A program made the position numbers and the translations under genes. Of a stretch of DNA of 64,000 nt, positions 24,064 through 34,111 are shown piece after piece (positions within the stretch are counted from its first letter, which is position 1; each line of letters begins with the position of its first letter). Origin of the DNA: Chloroflexota bacterium (lineage in GTDB: Bacteria > Chloroflexota > Anaerolineae > Anaerolineales > E44-bin32); the NCBI GenBank assembly GCA_022561385.1, contig JADFRG010000009.1, positions 9,051-73,050 on the forward strand, written 5' to 3'. The notes under the pieces were generated by a model, which was not told the origin of the DNA, did no database searches, and was given only the letters and a program-made list of their open reading frames with translations.

Positions 24064-25566
24064 ATGGAAGCTTGGATCCTCAGCCTCGTTACGTTTTTTC
24101 CAGTTGTTGGCGCAATGCTCTTGCTTTTTATTCGCAAGGAGCGCGAGGCGGCCATACGCTGGGCGGCCTTGATGACGGCCGTGGTCACCTTCCTGCTCTC
24201 GCTGCTGATGCTGTCCGGCTTCGACTCGAGCGACCCGGATCTTCAGATGGTGGTCCGCTTGCCTTGGTTCAGCATCGGTGACCTGCAGATCGAATATTTT
24301 CTTGGTGTGGACGGGCTCAGCATACTCCTGGTTTTACTTACGACGTTTCTAACCGTGCTCTCCATTATCTCGACCTGGACCGCAATTGTGGAGCGGGTCC
24401 GGGAGTTCATGATCTTCTTCCTGTTGTTGGAAACCGGGATGGTGGGCGTCTTCCTCGGTATGGACTTATTCCTTTTCTACGTCTTCTGGGAATTCACGCT
24501 GGTGCCGATGTATTTCTTGATCGGTGTGTGGGGCGGCGAGCGCCGGATGTATGCGGCCATCAAATTTTTCCTGTACACGATGGCGGGTTCTATCTTCATG
24601 TTGCTGGCCATTATCTGGCTCGGTCTGGAGGGTGGAACCTTCTCGGTCCCAGATTTGATCGAAGCTCAGGCCATCCCGGGCAACCTGCAATTTTGGCTGT
24701 TCCTGGCCTTCGCCGCAGCGTTCGCGATCAAGGTGCCGATGTGGCCCCTGCACTCCTGGTTGCCCGACGCGCATGTGGAGGCACCTACCGCGGGCTCGGT
24801 GATCCTGGCGGGGGTATTGCTCAAGATGGGCACCTACGGTTTTCTGCGCTTCAACCTCGGATTGTTCCCTGAGGCCTCGATTCGATTGGCGCCGTGGGTC
24901 GCGCTTTTTGCCGTGATCGGAATTATTTACGGCGCGGCCGTCGCCTATGCCCAGAAAGATGTCAAAAAATTGGTGGCCTACTCTTCCGTGAGCCACCTCG
25001 GTTTTGTGATGCTGGGATTGTTTGCGCTCAATATCCAGGGCCTGCAGGGCGGCATCGTGCAGATGATCAATCACGGTCTCAGTACGGGGGCACTCTTCTT
25101 GATTGTCGGAATGCTGTACGAGAGGCGCCACACGCGGGATATGGATGCCTTTGGCGGTCTCTGGAGGGTTATGCCGATTTATGCCGGTCTCACCCTGATC
25201 GTTGTACTTTCCTCGATGGGCCTGCCTGGCCTCAACGGATTCGTGGGTGAATTCACGATCCTGATCGGATCATTTGGTTCGGAGGCCATCGGATCCGTGT
25301 GGTTCACCATTGTGGCGGTGGTAGGGGTGATCCTGGCCGCGGTTTATATGTTGTACATGTTCCAGAAGTTATTCCTCGGCCCACTGGATAACGACAAGAA
25401 TAAGGTACTTCTAGACATAAACCGACGAGAGATCTTTACATTGGTGCCGATCGTGATCCTCATCTTCTGGATCGGGCTGTATCCGCGGCCATTCTTCGGG
25501 CTCACTGAGGCCTCGGTTGCGAAGGTGGTTGAACTGGTGAGTTCGGCAGCCATAACGATGCGATGA
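24064..25566 (+). CDS. nuoM: NADH-quinone oxidoreductase subunit M
   Basis: FWEFTLVPM, KVPMWPLHSWLPDAHVEAP, LVAYSSVSH, NGFVGE. Confidence 0.97.
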   Translation: MEAWILSLVTFFPVVGAMLLLFIRKEREAAIRWAALMTAVVTFLLSLLMLSGFDSSDPDLQMVVRLPWFSIGDLQIEYFLGVDGLSILLVLLTTFLTVLSIISTWTAIVERVREFMIFFLLLETGMVGVFLGMDLFLFYVFWEFTLVPMYFLIGVWGGERRMYAAIKFFLYTMAGSIFMLLAIIWLGLEGGTFSVPDLIEAQAIPGNLQFWLFLAFAAAFAIKVPMWPLHSWLPDAHVEAPTAGSVILAGVLLKMGTYGFLRFNLGLFPEASIRLAPWVALFAVIGIIYGAAVAYAQKDVKKLVAYSSVSHLGFVMLGLFALNIQGLQGGIVQMINHGLSTGALFLIVGMLYERRHTRDMDAFGGLWRVMPIYAGLTLIVVLSSMGLPGLNGFVGEFTILIGSFGSEAIGSVWFTIVAVVGVILAAVYMLYMFQKLFLGPLDNDKNKVLLDINRREIFTLVPIVILIFWIGLYPRPFFGLTEASVAKVVELVSSAAITMR

Positions 25567-27002
25567 GCTCCTCAGACCTGCTCTCGGTTGCTCCCGTACT
25601 GATCATCTCCGTGTGGGCGATTCTGCTCCTGCTGCTCGACCTATTCATTAAGAATAAGGGCCTCACCGCGAGTTTGGCGGCGGCGGGCGTTGCAGCCGCG
25701 CTGGTGGTGGTTATCGTACGCTTCGGAAGCGATCAAGTGGCGTTCAGTGGAATGATCGTAGCCGACACGTTTTCCGATTTCCTTCAGATCGTGATTCTGA
25801 TTACCGCACTGTTAGGGATAGCCGTGGCCTATGACTACCTGCGCCGAATGAACATGGAGCGCGGCGAGTACTACACGCTGATGCTTTTCACGGTAGCCGG
25901 AATGTTGCTCATGAGCCTGGCGGGAGATTTGATTCTTATTTTTCTGGCTATCGAGCTGCTTTCGGTGCCGCTCTACGTCCTGTCCGGCTTTGCACGCCCG
26001 GAGAAGGGTTCCGAAGAAGCGGCCATGAAATACTTCATACTGGGCGCATTCTCATCCGCCTTTCTGGTGTATGGGATCGCGCTCATATTTGGCTCGACGG
26101 GAACCACCAACATGGCCGGTGTGGCGGCCTCCATTGCCGGCAACCACGCGAACCTAACGCTGCTGACGATTGCAATTCCCATGCTGCTGGTGGGCCTGGG
26201 TTTTAAAGTCGCGGCGGTCCCATTCCATATGTGGACGCCGGATGTTTATCAGGGCGCCCCTTCGGCGGCGGTGGCTTTTATGTCCGTGGGAGCGAAGGTG
26301 GCCGGCTTCGCGGCGCTGCTACGGATATTCGTTTCGGCGCTTCCGGAGCTCTCTCAGACTTGGGGTCCGGTGGTAGTCGCGATTTCCGCAGCCACGATGA
26401 TTTGGGGCAACGTAGCGGCCATCGCTCAATCCAACATCAAACGTATGCTGGCCTACTCGAGTATTGCGCATGCAGGCTACATCCTGATGGCGCTCGCCGC
26501 CGCCGCGGATCCAAGCGTGTCGGAAGAGGCGGTAAGCGCGGCGCTGTTTTATTTGTTCGCTTATCTGTTTTCCAATCTGGGAGCGTGGACCGTGGTTCTA
26601 GCGCTGGAGCGATCGGAAGGGCGCGGACTCTTGATCGAAGATTATGCCGGCCTCGGACGACGCCGCCCGGCGCTGGCGCTCGCGATGGCGATATTCATGT
26701 TGTCTCTTATTGGTGTACCCCCGACGGTAGGGCTCATCGGCAAGTTCCTGCTATTCAGGGTAACTATCGACGCAGGCCTGACGGGCCTGGCGATTGTGGG
26801 GGTCGTAACCTCGCTCATCTCTGCCTACTTCTACCTGGGGGTGGTGATCAAAATGTACATGGGCACCGGGGAGCCCGAGTCTCGATCCGAGGGCTGGCTC
26901 AACCGCTCCGCGGGCCTAACGGCCCTGGTGACGTTCCTTCTTGGAGTGTTGCCCGGACCGATATTGATCCTGGCCAGGAGCTCGGGGTTCTTGACGCCTT
27001 AG
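25563..27002 (+). CDS. nuoN: NADH-quinone oxidoreductase subunit N
   Basis: EAAMKYFILG, FKVAAVPFHMWTPDVYQGAP, KRMLAYSSIAH. Confidence 0.97.
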   Translation: MSSSDLLSVAPVLIISVWAILLLLLDLFIKNKGLTASLAAAGVAAALVVVIVRFGSDQVAFSGMIVADTFSDFLQIVILITALLGIAVAYDYLRRMNMERGEYYTLMLFTVAGMLLMSLAGDLILIFLAIELLSVPLYVLSGFARPEKGSEEAAMKYFILGAFSSAFLVYGIALIFGSTGTTNMAGVAASIAGNHANLTLLTIAIPMLLVGLGFKVAAVPFHMWTPDVYQGAPSAAVAFMSVGAKVAGFAALLRIFVSALPELSQTWGPVVVAISAATMIWGNVAAIAQSNIKRMLAYSSIAHAGYILMALAAAADPSVSEEAVSAALFYLFAYLFSNLGAWTVVLALERSEGRGLLIEDYAGLGRRRPALALAMAIFMLSLIGVPPTVGLIGKFLLFRVTIDAGLTGLAIVGVVTSLISAYFYLGVVIKMYMGTGEPESRSEGWLNRSAGLTALVTFLLGVLPGPILILARSSGFLTP

Positions 27003-27043
27003 GACCCGACGGATCGCAAGGCACAATAGTGGAGGGGGAGGGC

Positions 27044-27346
27044 ATGGCTGACAACCGGGCGCACGCTTATATCTCTGGCAGAGTGCAGGGAGTTAGCTTT
27101 CGTTACTACACCTATCACGAAGCGCTCAAAGGCGGCCTGCGGGGCTGGGTTCGCAACCTCCCGGACGGTCGAGTGGAGGCCGTTTTCGAGGGCAAGAAGG
27201 CCGCCATCGAGAAAGTCCTGGAATGGTCCCAGACCGGCCCGCCCGCAGCCCGCGTGGACCGCGTGGAGGTCGAGTGGGGAGAGCCTGACGATTCGTTGAA
27301 TGGCTTCAAGGTGCGGGCGACGGCAGGCCCGGGGGATTTGGAATAA
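27044..27346 (+). CDS. acyP: Acylphosphatase (true start ATG 27044; longer ORF in track is spurious extension)
   Basis: ISGRVQGVSFR, GWVRNLPDGRVE, GPPAARV; GGAGG RBS upstream. Confidence 0.92.
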   Translation: MADNRAHAYISGRVQGVSFRYYTYHEALKGGLRGWVRNLPDGRVEAVFEGKKAAIEKVLEWSQTGPPAARVDRVEVEWGEPDDSLNGFKVRATAGPGDLE

Positions 27347-27376
27347 AAAGCACCGGCCATCGCTCGCCGGCGCTTC
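27345..27376 (-). terminator. Intrinsic terminator for convergent rnz/FmdB transcript (possibly bidirectional)
   Basis: Minus strand GAAGCGCCGG-loop-CCGGTGCTT followed by T run. Confidence 0.6.
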
Positions 27377-27396
27377 GTGTTCGGGGGCTGGTAGAC

Positions 27397-27621
27397 CTAG
27401 TTGAGGCTAGCGCAGGAGCACGATCCGCCGCAGGCGCAGCCACCCCCATTACTTTGGGTCAGCGATCGTCCGTCCGCTTGTGCGAAGAATACAGAGATCA
27501 TGCGCGAGGTGTGCTCGCTCTCGCAGGTCTGGCAGACGATAGGGGAATCAGCTTGTGACATGGGGCGCAGCGAGTCGAAAACGTCGTTGCATTCCAAACA
27601 AAGGTACTCGTATATGGGCAT
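27397..27621 (-). CDS. FmdB-family zinc-ribbon protein
   Basis: MPIYEYLCLEC...CQTC, Cys/Gly-rich tail GGGCACGGSCSC. Confidence 0.88.
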   Translation of the reverse strand: MPIYEYLCLECNDVFDSLRPMSQADSPIVCQTCESEHTSRMISVFFAQADGRSLTQSNGGGCACGGSCSCASLN

Positions 27622-27653
27622 GGCGCGAATTCTACCTTTCCGCTCGGCGGAGG

Positions 27654-28592
27654 TCAACCCGAGCCCTGCGGCAAGGTATGCCGCCGGATTTGAAACCGGT
27701 CAAAGTCGCGCGCTACGGTGACGTTTGGAAAGATGGCCTCCGCTTCCCTCCGGACATCCTTCTCCCGGTACCGCCGCGATATGTGGGTCAGGTACAGGTG
27801 GCCTACCTCCGCTTGCTTGGCGAGTTCCGCCGCCCGACGGGCCGTGAGGTGACCGAAGTTCTTGGCCATTTCTGCCTCTGATTCAAGATAGGTGGCCTCG
27901 ATCACCAGTCCATCCGCACCGGCGATGTGTTCGAGAAGGCCCTCCGTGTTACCGCAATCCCCCACGTGAATAAGTCGGGCGCCGCGGCGAGCGGGACCGA
28001 GCACCTGCTCCGGCTCGATCACCGTACCATCCGATAGTTTGACACTTTGACCCCGAACGAGTTCGCGGCGAACCGGCCCAACGGGCACCCCGAGCTCCGT
28101 GGCGCGCTGCGGGAGGAAAGGGCGGTGGGCAGTCTGCTCAAACGCGAATCCGAACGCGCCATGCCCACGGTGCTCCACCGGAAACGCCGATAGCTGAAAA
28201 TGATCGTCCTTCATCAGGACGCCCGGCTCGATGGGTATCAGCTCGATTTCCACCGCGGAACGCGCTCCCCTAAGGACGACCCCAAAAAGTAAGTCGTGAA
28301 TGCGCTCTAGCGCCCAGGCACTGCCCCAAATCTGAAGTTCTTCAACGGCCTCCCATCGCGCAAAAGTGGATAACAGCCCAGCCAGGCCCAAAATGTGATC
28401 CAGGTGACCGTGGGTTATGAGAATTCGATTGAGCCGCCGAAAACCGATGCCCGACCGGAGGATCTGGCGTTGTGTGCCCTCGCCGCAGTCGATGAGGATG
28501 CGGTACTCACGGAAGCTAACGATGTGGGCGCTGAGCCCGCGGTGAACAGACGGGGCCGAGGCCGATGTGCCAAGGAAGATGAACTCGAACAA
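27654..28592 (-). CDS. rnz: Ribonuclease Z
   Basis: FLGTSASAP, DCGEGTQRQ, THGHLDH, GVPVGP exosite, EATY, GHLTA, THISRRY. Confidence 0.94.
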   Translation of the reverse strand: MFEFIFLGTSASAPSVHRGLSAHIVSFREYRILIDCGEGTQRQILRSGIGFRRLNRILITHGHLDHILGLAGLLSTFARWEAVEELQIWGSAWALERIHDLLFGVVLRGARSAVEIELIPIEPGVLMKDDHFQLSAFPVEHRGHGAFGFAFEQTAHRPFLPQRATELGVPVGPVRRELVRGQSVKLSDGTVIEPEQVLGPARRGARLIHVGDCGNTEGLLEHIAGADGLVIEATYLESEAEMAKNFGHLTARRAAELAKQAEVGHLYLTHISRRYREKDVRREAEAIFPNVTVARDFDRFQIRRHTLPQGSG

Positions 28593-28683
28593 GAGCTACC
28601 TTGAATTTCCGCGGGGAGAATGGGCGAATCATTGTACCCCACCCAAATTAGGCAGCTCGAAGGGGAGGAATACGGGAGCGTGA

Positions 28684-29145
28684 CTAACTCGCGTCGATCG
28701 AGGGCGTTTTCAGAGCGGTGCCGGACGAGGCCGCCGCAGCGGCGATTGCCGAGATAGAAATCAGCAGGGGCGCCGCGACCGATCCTGCCAGGGCCTGGCT
28801 GATTCCCCAGAGTGCGGCCACGGCCATCGCGCCGGCCATGTAACGATGGGTGAATTTCCTTCTCCAGATGAGTTTGGGTATCCAGCTCGGTTGGGTATAG
28901 GCCAGCCAAACTGCCGCGGAAGCAATCGCCAGGAGCAAGAATCGGAAGGTAGTTGGCCAGTCAGCTTTGGCCAACACCAGGGCCGTAGCTGGAAGGAACA
29001 GCGCGATGGAATAGGCCGCGGCCAACATTCGATCGCGCGCGCCGGGAACCTCCGAAATCGCCTGCCGCGAGAAAATACCCACCGCTCCCGCGATCCCCAA
29101 ATAGAGCGTCACGATCCCGACCCCTAACGAAACTTGCAATATCAT
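28684..29145 (-). CDS. Hypothetical multi-pass membrane protein (~153 aa; start revised to ATG 29145)
   Basis: GGAGG RBS 5' of ATG; ~5 hydrophobic segments; the track's N-terminal extension is only the low-complexity repeat. Confidence 0.7.
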   Translation of the reverse strand: MILQVSLGVGIVTLYLGIAGAVGIFSRQAISEVPGARDRMLAAAYSIALFLPATALVLAKADWPTTFRFLLLAIASAAVWLAYTQPSWIPKLIWRRKFTHRYMAGAMAVAALWGISQALAGSVAAPLLISISAIAAAAASSGTALKTPSIDAS

Positions 29146-29190
29146 CTGACCTCCCATAACTCGTGCAGATGGATGCAAGTTGTATGCCCT

Positions 29191-29580
29191 GGCAGGCGGG
29201 CAGGCGGGCAGGCGAGCGCGGGAGCAAGGGAGCGAAGGAGCAGGCGAGCGCGGGAGCAAGGGAGCGAAGGAGCAGGCGAGCGCGGGAGCAAGGGAGCGGG
29301 GAGCAGGGGAGCGAAGGAGCAGCGGAGCGCGGGAGCAAGGGAGCGAAGGAGCAGGCGAGCGCGGGAGCAAGGGAGCGGGGAGCAGGAGAATAAGAGAGCA
29401 AGGGAGCAGGGGAGCGAAGGAGCAGGCGAGCGCGGGAGCAAGGGAGCGAGGGAGCGGGGGGGGGGGGGAGGAAGGGGGCGAGGGAGCGGGGGAGCGAAGG
29501 GGGGGCGGAGCGCGGGAGCTGGGGAGTAAGGGGGCAAGGGGGCAGGGAGCAAGGGGGCAGGGAGAAGAGGGAAAGCGAGT
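29191..29580. repeat. Purine-rich low-complexity repeat, 8-bp base unit GCnnGGGA, 32-bp higher-order unit, 13-G run
   Basis: GCAGGCGAGCGCGGGAGCAAGGGAGCGAAGGA at 29208 and 29240 plus degenerate copies; no T from 29191 to 29390; G13 at 29456-29468. Confidence 0.92.
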
Positions 29581-29662
29581 ATCGGATTTGGGCTAGATGT
29601 AGCTGCGCATGACGGGCGCGTGAATCGAGTGGGCGGTGAGTTGTGGTTGGGGGGAGGGGGGT

Positions 29663-30148
29663 TCAGGCGGTCCGGGCCAGCGCCGTGAGCCCGAGCACGA
29701 TAATTCCAATCGCCAGGCTCACACGATTCAGGCGAGAAATCTCACCCGCTACCCGGTCGGAAGCGTCTGCCTCCTGCTTCATCGCCAGGCGAGACAATCG
29801 GGGATTCAGCACCCAGGTCTGGTAGGCGGCAACCAGCAACATCAGCCCTATCGCGATGTGTTTGCTCAGGATCGCACGCGACCAGGGATTGCTGAAGGCG
29901 AAAAGCCCCACGTAGTTTGGATTTCCCGACATCTGGAGCAAGCCGGTGCCGAACAGCACCGCGAGGCTCAACCAGGCCAACGGCTGAAATCTACGCCGCA
30001 TGGCCTCCGCCAGGCGGCCGCGCTCGGCGGGCAACCGTTCGAGCGCCGGATTTACGACGACCGCCTGGTAGAACAGCCCGCCGATCCAGACGATCGTAGC
30101 CGCCATGTGCAGCCAGAAGGCGACAGTCAGAGCGATTATTTCCAGCAT
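29663..30148 (-). CDS. CopD/DUF4149-like membrane protein
   Basis: WLHMAATIVWIGG, TGLLQM, LSKH; 4 TM segments. Confidence 0.72.
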   Translation of the reverse strand: MLEIIALTVAFWLHMAATIVWIGGLFYQAVVVNPALERLPAERGRLAEAMRRRFQPLAWLSLAVLFGTGLLQMSGNPNYVGLFAFSNPWSRAILSKHIAIGLMLLVAAYQTWVLNPRLSRLAMKQEADASDRVAGEISRLNRVSLAIGIIVLGLTALARTA

Positions 30149-31140
30149 TAGGCTTCCGGCGTGCCGGTACCAGCTGGGGTCGCGGCACCCGTCGCTTCGA
30201 GCGTGGCGGTTGGCGGCGGGGCTGGAGGTGGGGCGGTCGCCGTCCGGCAGGCGTTACGGACGGCCGTAGCGGTGGGGACCAGATCCTCGTTTAAAATCAC
30301 TTCCAACGACACATCCATTTGCTCTTCCGCGGCGCACGGATCTCCGCTGTTGGCCAGCAACATGGCGTACATGGACTTCGCTTGGGCATATTTCCACGCC
30401 ACGTCATTGCGGATACCCGGTGCGACAGAGTAGACCACCTCAAAATAGAAAGCGGCCCGTTCCCAGTTCAGGCCGTAGAAGCTGTTCGCCGTCAAATAGA
30501 GCTGCGCCCAGCTTCGCCAATTGTTGGCATCCTGGTCCAGAGGTGCGAAGCTCTCCGCCAGGCTCAGGTCATAAATTCCCTCTTCCAACAATTTGTCCTG
30601 GGATATCCGTCGAATTCCGCGATTGCGCAGCGCCCCATACATCAAGCCATCGACCTCAACGGCTCGAAATGCACTGTCCTTGGAGCGCAGGGCAAGCAGA
30701 TGCGCGATAGTCGCCTCCCAGTCGCCCTGTTTAAACGCCCCCTGCGCCTGATCGAAGATCTCCAGAACCGGAGCGAGGTTAGGAGTGGGCGCGACCGAGG
30801 GCGTCGTCGCGCGGGGGAGTGGCTCGTTTAGGCCGAGGAGCGCCTCCGCCAGGCGCTCGGGAGCTTCGGGAAAGCTCGGGTCCAACCGGATTATGTACTC
30901 AAATCGCTGCCGGGCGATGTCGTAGCGCGCCTCCTCCAGATCGACCAAACCCCGGGCAAACTGGTCCTGGACAACGGAGGTCAACTGCTTCTGTTCCGCC
31001 TGGTCCCGCTCCGACCGCCCAACCCAATACCCGACAGCGGCCGCAAATCCGAGCAGCAGCAAAGTGATCGGGAGGACCCACAGCAACGGGCGCCAGGATG
31101 AGCGGGAGCTGGAATCCTCTTCCGATAACACGGGCGGCAT
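30148..31140 (-). CDS. Membrane-anchored TPR-like helical protein with Pro/Thr-rich tail
   Basis: Single N-terminal TM, A/Y/L helical repeats, PPAPPPTATL tail. Confidence 0.7.
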   Translation of the reverse strand: MPPVLSEEDSSSRSSWRPLLWVLPITLLLLGFAAAVGYWVGRSERDQAEQKQLTSVVQDQFARGLVDLEEARYDIARQRFEYIIRLDPSFPEAPERLAEALLGLNEPLPRATTPSVAPTPNLAPVLEIFDQAQGAFKQGDWEATIAHLLALRSKDSAFRAVEVDGLMYGALRNRGIRRISQDKLLEEGIYDLSLAESFAPLDQDANNWRSWAQLYLTANSFYGLNWERAAFYFEVVYSVAPGIRNDVAWKYAQAKSMYAMLLANSGDPCAAEEQMDVSLEVILNEDLVPTATAVRNACRTATAPPPAPPPTATLEATGAATPAGTGTPEA

Positions 31141-31325
31141 TATACCGTGGGGGCCGTTCCAGCCCGGAATCAGGCGGTCTGGGGGCTCAATCGCCCAATT
31201 CCCTCGTACCTGTGTACCGATGTGATTCGCCGTTTGGGCGCTTGATAAGCCCCCTCAAACTCGCATATTTACGGTGCGCGATGGGAGCCTACAAGGGTCC
31301 TTGACGCCGAATTTTTTGGGATGGT

Positions 31326-32588
31326 ATGATGCACCGCCCCCCTATGTATTTAAGCGGAAGCAAGTGGAACACCCGCAAGCGACGCCGCCGGTCAAACCCC
31401 GGGCGCATCCTCTTCTTGTTGCTGTTGATAGCGGGAGTGATTTATGTGGAGCGCGTAGTTGTGCCTCAGACCCCCCCTCTTTTCGTGGTTACGCCCATTC
31501 CGACCCGAAGCCCCGCCAACATCATTCTGGAAGCGGACAGTCTCTTCCAGGCTGGCAAGCTGGCGCAGGCTGAGCAGGCCTACCAGGAGGCCATCTTCAT
31601 CGATCCGCAGGAAGCGGATTATTACACTGAGCTGGCCCGCATTCAGGTATTCGCCGGGAAGTACTCAGAGGCCGTCACAAACGCCAGCAACGCGATCCTA
31701 CTCGATCCTGATTATGCGATTGCCAACGCAGTTCTGGGCTGGGCGCTCATTTTTCAGTCGGAAATCGAACCCGAATCCGCCGACATCCTGGAGGCGCTCC
31801 GAAAAATCGAAAAGGCAGTAGAGCTCAATCCGAACTCGGCACTGGTTCGAGCCTACTATGCGGAGGTCATCATCGATGAAAACGTGGCCGCTTTCCAGCA
31901 GGCGGGGGAGCAGGCGCAGCTGGCGGTTCAGATGGATCCAAACCTGCTCGAAGCACAGCGCGCGGTAGGGTACGTATGGGAGAGAACCGGGAACTACGAC
32001 CGGGCTTTCGAAGCCTATCAAAACGCACTGCGCATCAATCCGAACCTGGCAATGATACACATCGCGCTCGGGAACATGTATTTTAACAACGGGGAATCCC
32101 GATCGGCCATCGACAGCTACATTCGTGCAAGCACTCTAGCCCCGCAGGACGTGATTCCGCTCAGGCTGATCGCCCAGGCTTATGCCCGCGACGGGGAGTT
32201 TGGAAAGGCCAGCCAGTATGCGCAAAGCGCCGTGGACCTGAAGCCGGCAAGTCCCCGCCTACACGGCGATTTAGGGAGAATGTATTACAAGAATACGGAC
32301 TACGACTCTGCCATAGAGTCCCTGGCGCTGGCCATTCACGGAGGCCCGTACCAGCAGGGGGTTCAGGTAGCGGGTCTGCCGTTGGATCCCGGCGATCCAG
32401 TGCTGGTCGAGTTTTACTACATGTATGGATTGGCGCTGGCCAAACAGGGCCAATGTGACCTGGCCGCCGACCTCTCCGAAGCCTTAATCACCGGCGTTCC
32501 CGACAATGAGATCGCCACCTTCAACGCTCAGGAGATCCTGATCCTGTGCGGTCTGATCGATCCTCCTGAAGAACCAGAGACGACCTAG
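31326..32588 (+). CDS. Tetratricopeptide repeat protein
   Basis: Basic N-terminus, TM, TPIPT linker, multiple TPR repeats (A...Y..A...DP). Confidence 0.85.
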   Translation: MMHRPPMYLSGSKWNTRKRRRRSNPGRILFLLLLIAGVIYVERVVVPQTPPLFVVTPIPTRSPANIILEADSLFQAGKLAQAEQAYQEAIFIDPQEADYYTELARIQVFAGKYSEAVTNASNAILLDPDYAIANAVLGWALIFQSEIEPESADILEALRKIEKAVELNPNSALVRAYYAEVIIDENVAAFQQAGEQAQLAVQMDPNLLEAQRAVGYVWERTGNYDRAFEAYQNALRINPNLAMIHIALGNMYFNNGESRSAIDSYIRASTLAPQDVIPLRLIAQAYARDGEFGKASQYAQSAVDLKPASPRLHGDLGRMYYKNTDYDSAIESLALAIHGGPYQQGVQVAGLPLDPGDPVLVEFYYMYGLALAKQGQCDLAADLSEALITGVPDNEIATFNAQEILILCGLIDPPEEPETT

Positions 32589-32603
32589 CTCAGGCATACC
32601 ACT

Positions 32604-33929
32604 ATGCAGCTGAAAGGCGACCGGATGGCGTTTGGGGACACGGGGAGAAGATCCCGCCCCTGGCGGATCTTGATTCTTGTGACACTTATCGTTGGTGGCA
32701 TCCTCCTGACTCGGCTGGTTGAGGCCGGGAGGGTGGAGCCATTGTTCTTGCCTACGCCGACGCCCACGCGCAACGCGCGGTCCCATCAGGAAGAAGGCCA
32801 GGCTCACTTCGCGTCCGGAGATCTGGAGCGATCCATCAAGGCTTATACGGAGGCGGTACGCTTGCGACCCGAAGATGCCGAACTTCTGGCCGAATTGGCC
32901 AGGATTCAGACCTACTCGAGCGCGTTGATTGCCACCCAAGAAGAAGGTAGTGATCGGCTTCAGCAGGCTCGAATATCGATCGATCGGGCGGTCGCGCTCG
33001 ATGAAGACAGCGCCTATGCCTGGGCGATTCGCATTTTCGTCTACGATTGGCTCGCAGCGGACGCGGAGGATTTGCGCCAGCAACAGGAATATTTCACGGC
33101 CGCAGAAGCCTCCGCCAGCCGGGCCTTATTGCTTGATCCAGAGAACGTGCTGGCCCTGGCTTATGACGCGGAGGTCGATGTGGACCAGCTGCGATATGCC
33201 GAGGCATTGGACAAGATCCAGAGCGCACTGAATTTGGATCCCTCCAGCATGGATGTCCACCGTGTCTATGGGACCGTGCTTGAAAGCAGCGGGGACTATG
33301 AAGGTGCGATCGCGGCCTATTCGAGGGCGGCGCAGATCAACCCGAATCTGACCTTCATATACCTTCGAATGGGCGCCAACTACAGGCGTCTGCGTCAAAT
33401 GGACAAGGCGCTGGAATACTTCTCCAGAGCCGCGACCATCAACAGTCAACTCGGCATCGCGAATCCGATTCCTTATTGGTCGATCGGCCGCACGTACCTT
33501 CAGGACGGAGAATTTTTTATCGCGGCCAGGAATCTCGAAACTGCGGTCGTAATCTCGCCCGGCAATCCCGAGCTACTAGGTTATCTGGGCATCATCTATT
33601 TCAAGGCCAGAAATTACCAGAACGCCATCGCAACCCTCAAATGCGCGGTGGACGGGTGTACGGACGCAGAACATGCGCGCCTGCTCTGCGACACGCTTGC
33701 AATCCTGGACTGTGAGGACGAAGAACAGGTTTTCAGGGCCAGCGGAGTGGCCGGCCTTGAGCTGGGAGCGGAAAGCCTGGAGTATTACTACACGTACGGA
33801 TCAGCGCTCACGCTTGACAAGGCTTCCTGCCCCGAGGCGGAGCGCGTATTTCTGCATCTGGACCGCAGCTACGGGACAGACCCGATCGTTTCGGCCATCA
33901 TCTCGGAGGGTCGGGCGTTGTGTGAGTGA
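32604..33929 (+). CDS. Tetratricopeptide repeat protein (paralogue of upstream gene)
   Basis: Same architecture; shared C-terminal EF/YYY(M/T)YG-ALA...C motif. Confidence 0.85.
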   Translation: MQLKGDRMAFGDTGRRSRPWRILILVTLIVGGILLTRLVEAGRVEPLFLPTPTPTRNARSHQEEGQAHFASGDLERSIKAYTEAVRLRPEDAELLAELARIQTYSSALIATQEEGSDRLQQARISIDRAVALDEDSAYAWAIRIFVYDWLAADAEDLRQQQEYFTAAEASASRALLLDPENVLALAYDAEVDVDQLRYAEALDKIQSALNLDPSSMDVHRVYGTVLESSGDYEGAIAAYSRAAQINPNLTFIYLRMGANYRRLRQMDKALEYFSRAATINSQLGIANPIPYWSIGRTYLQDGEFFIAARNLETAVVISPGNPELLGYLGIIYFKARNYQNAIATLKCAVDGCTDAEHARLLCDTLAILDCEDEEQVFRASGVAGLELGAESLEYYYTYGSALTLDKASCPEAERVFLHLDRSYGTDPIVSAIISEGRALCE

Positions 33930-34044
33930 AATGCCGCAAGTTCGGACCCCGAGCTGCACAAGAGTCCTTGGCTAGGCGAGATCCGCACCATGCGGACGGC
34001 CGGCCCTCCAACAGCCGGCCTCGGGGTCAATTTCAGCTCACTTC

Positions 34045-34073
34045 TTGACAACCCCATTTGATGGGGTTAGACT
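34045..34073 (+). promoter_or_regulatory. sigma70 promoter of groESL
   Basis: TTGACA(34045-34050)-N17-TAGACT(34068-34073). Confidence 0.75.
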
Positions 34074-34084
34074 AGCGCAGCTAG

Positions 34085-34111
34085 TTGGCACTCAGACGTC
34101 GAGAGTGCTAA
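34085..34111 (+). promoter_or_regulatory. CIRCE element (HrcA operator)
   Basis: TTGGCACTC-N9-GAGTGCTAA, one mismatch to TTAGCACTC-N9-GAGTGCTAA consensus, upstream of groES. Confidence 0.93.

Noticed and set aside
26231-27043. 371-aa ORF 26231..27346
   Set aside because: Alternative frame over nuoN; only the last 100 codons (acylphosphatase) are real
29134-29596. Six long overlapping ORFs (e.g. 29142..29552 -, 29180..29596 +, N-terminal part of 28684..29370)
   Set aside because: Produced by the T-less repeat lacking stop codons; repetitive SPAP/REQG sequences with no RBS
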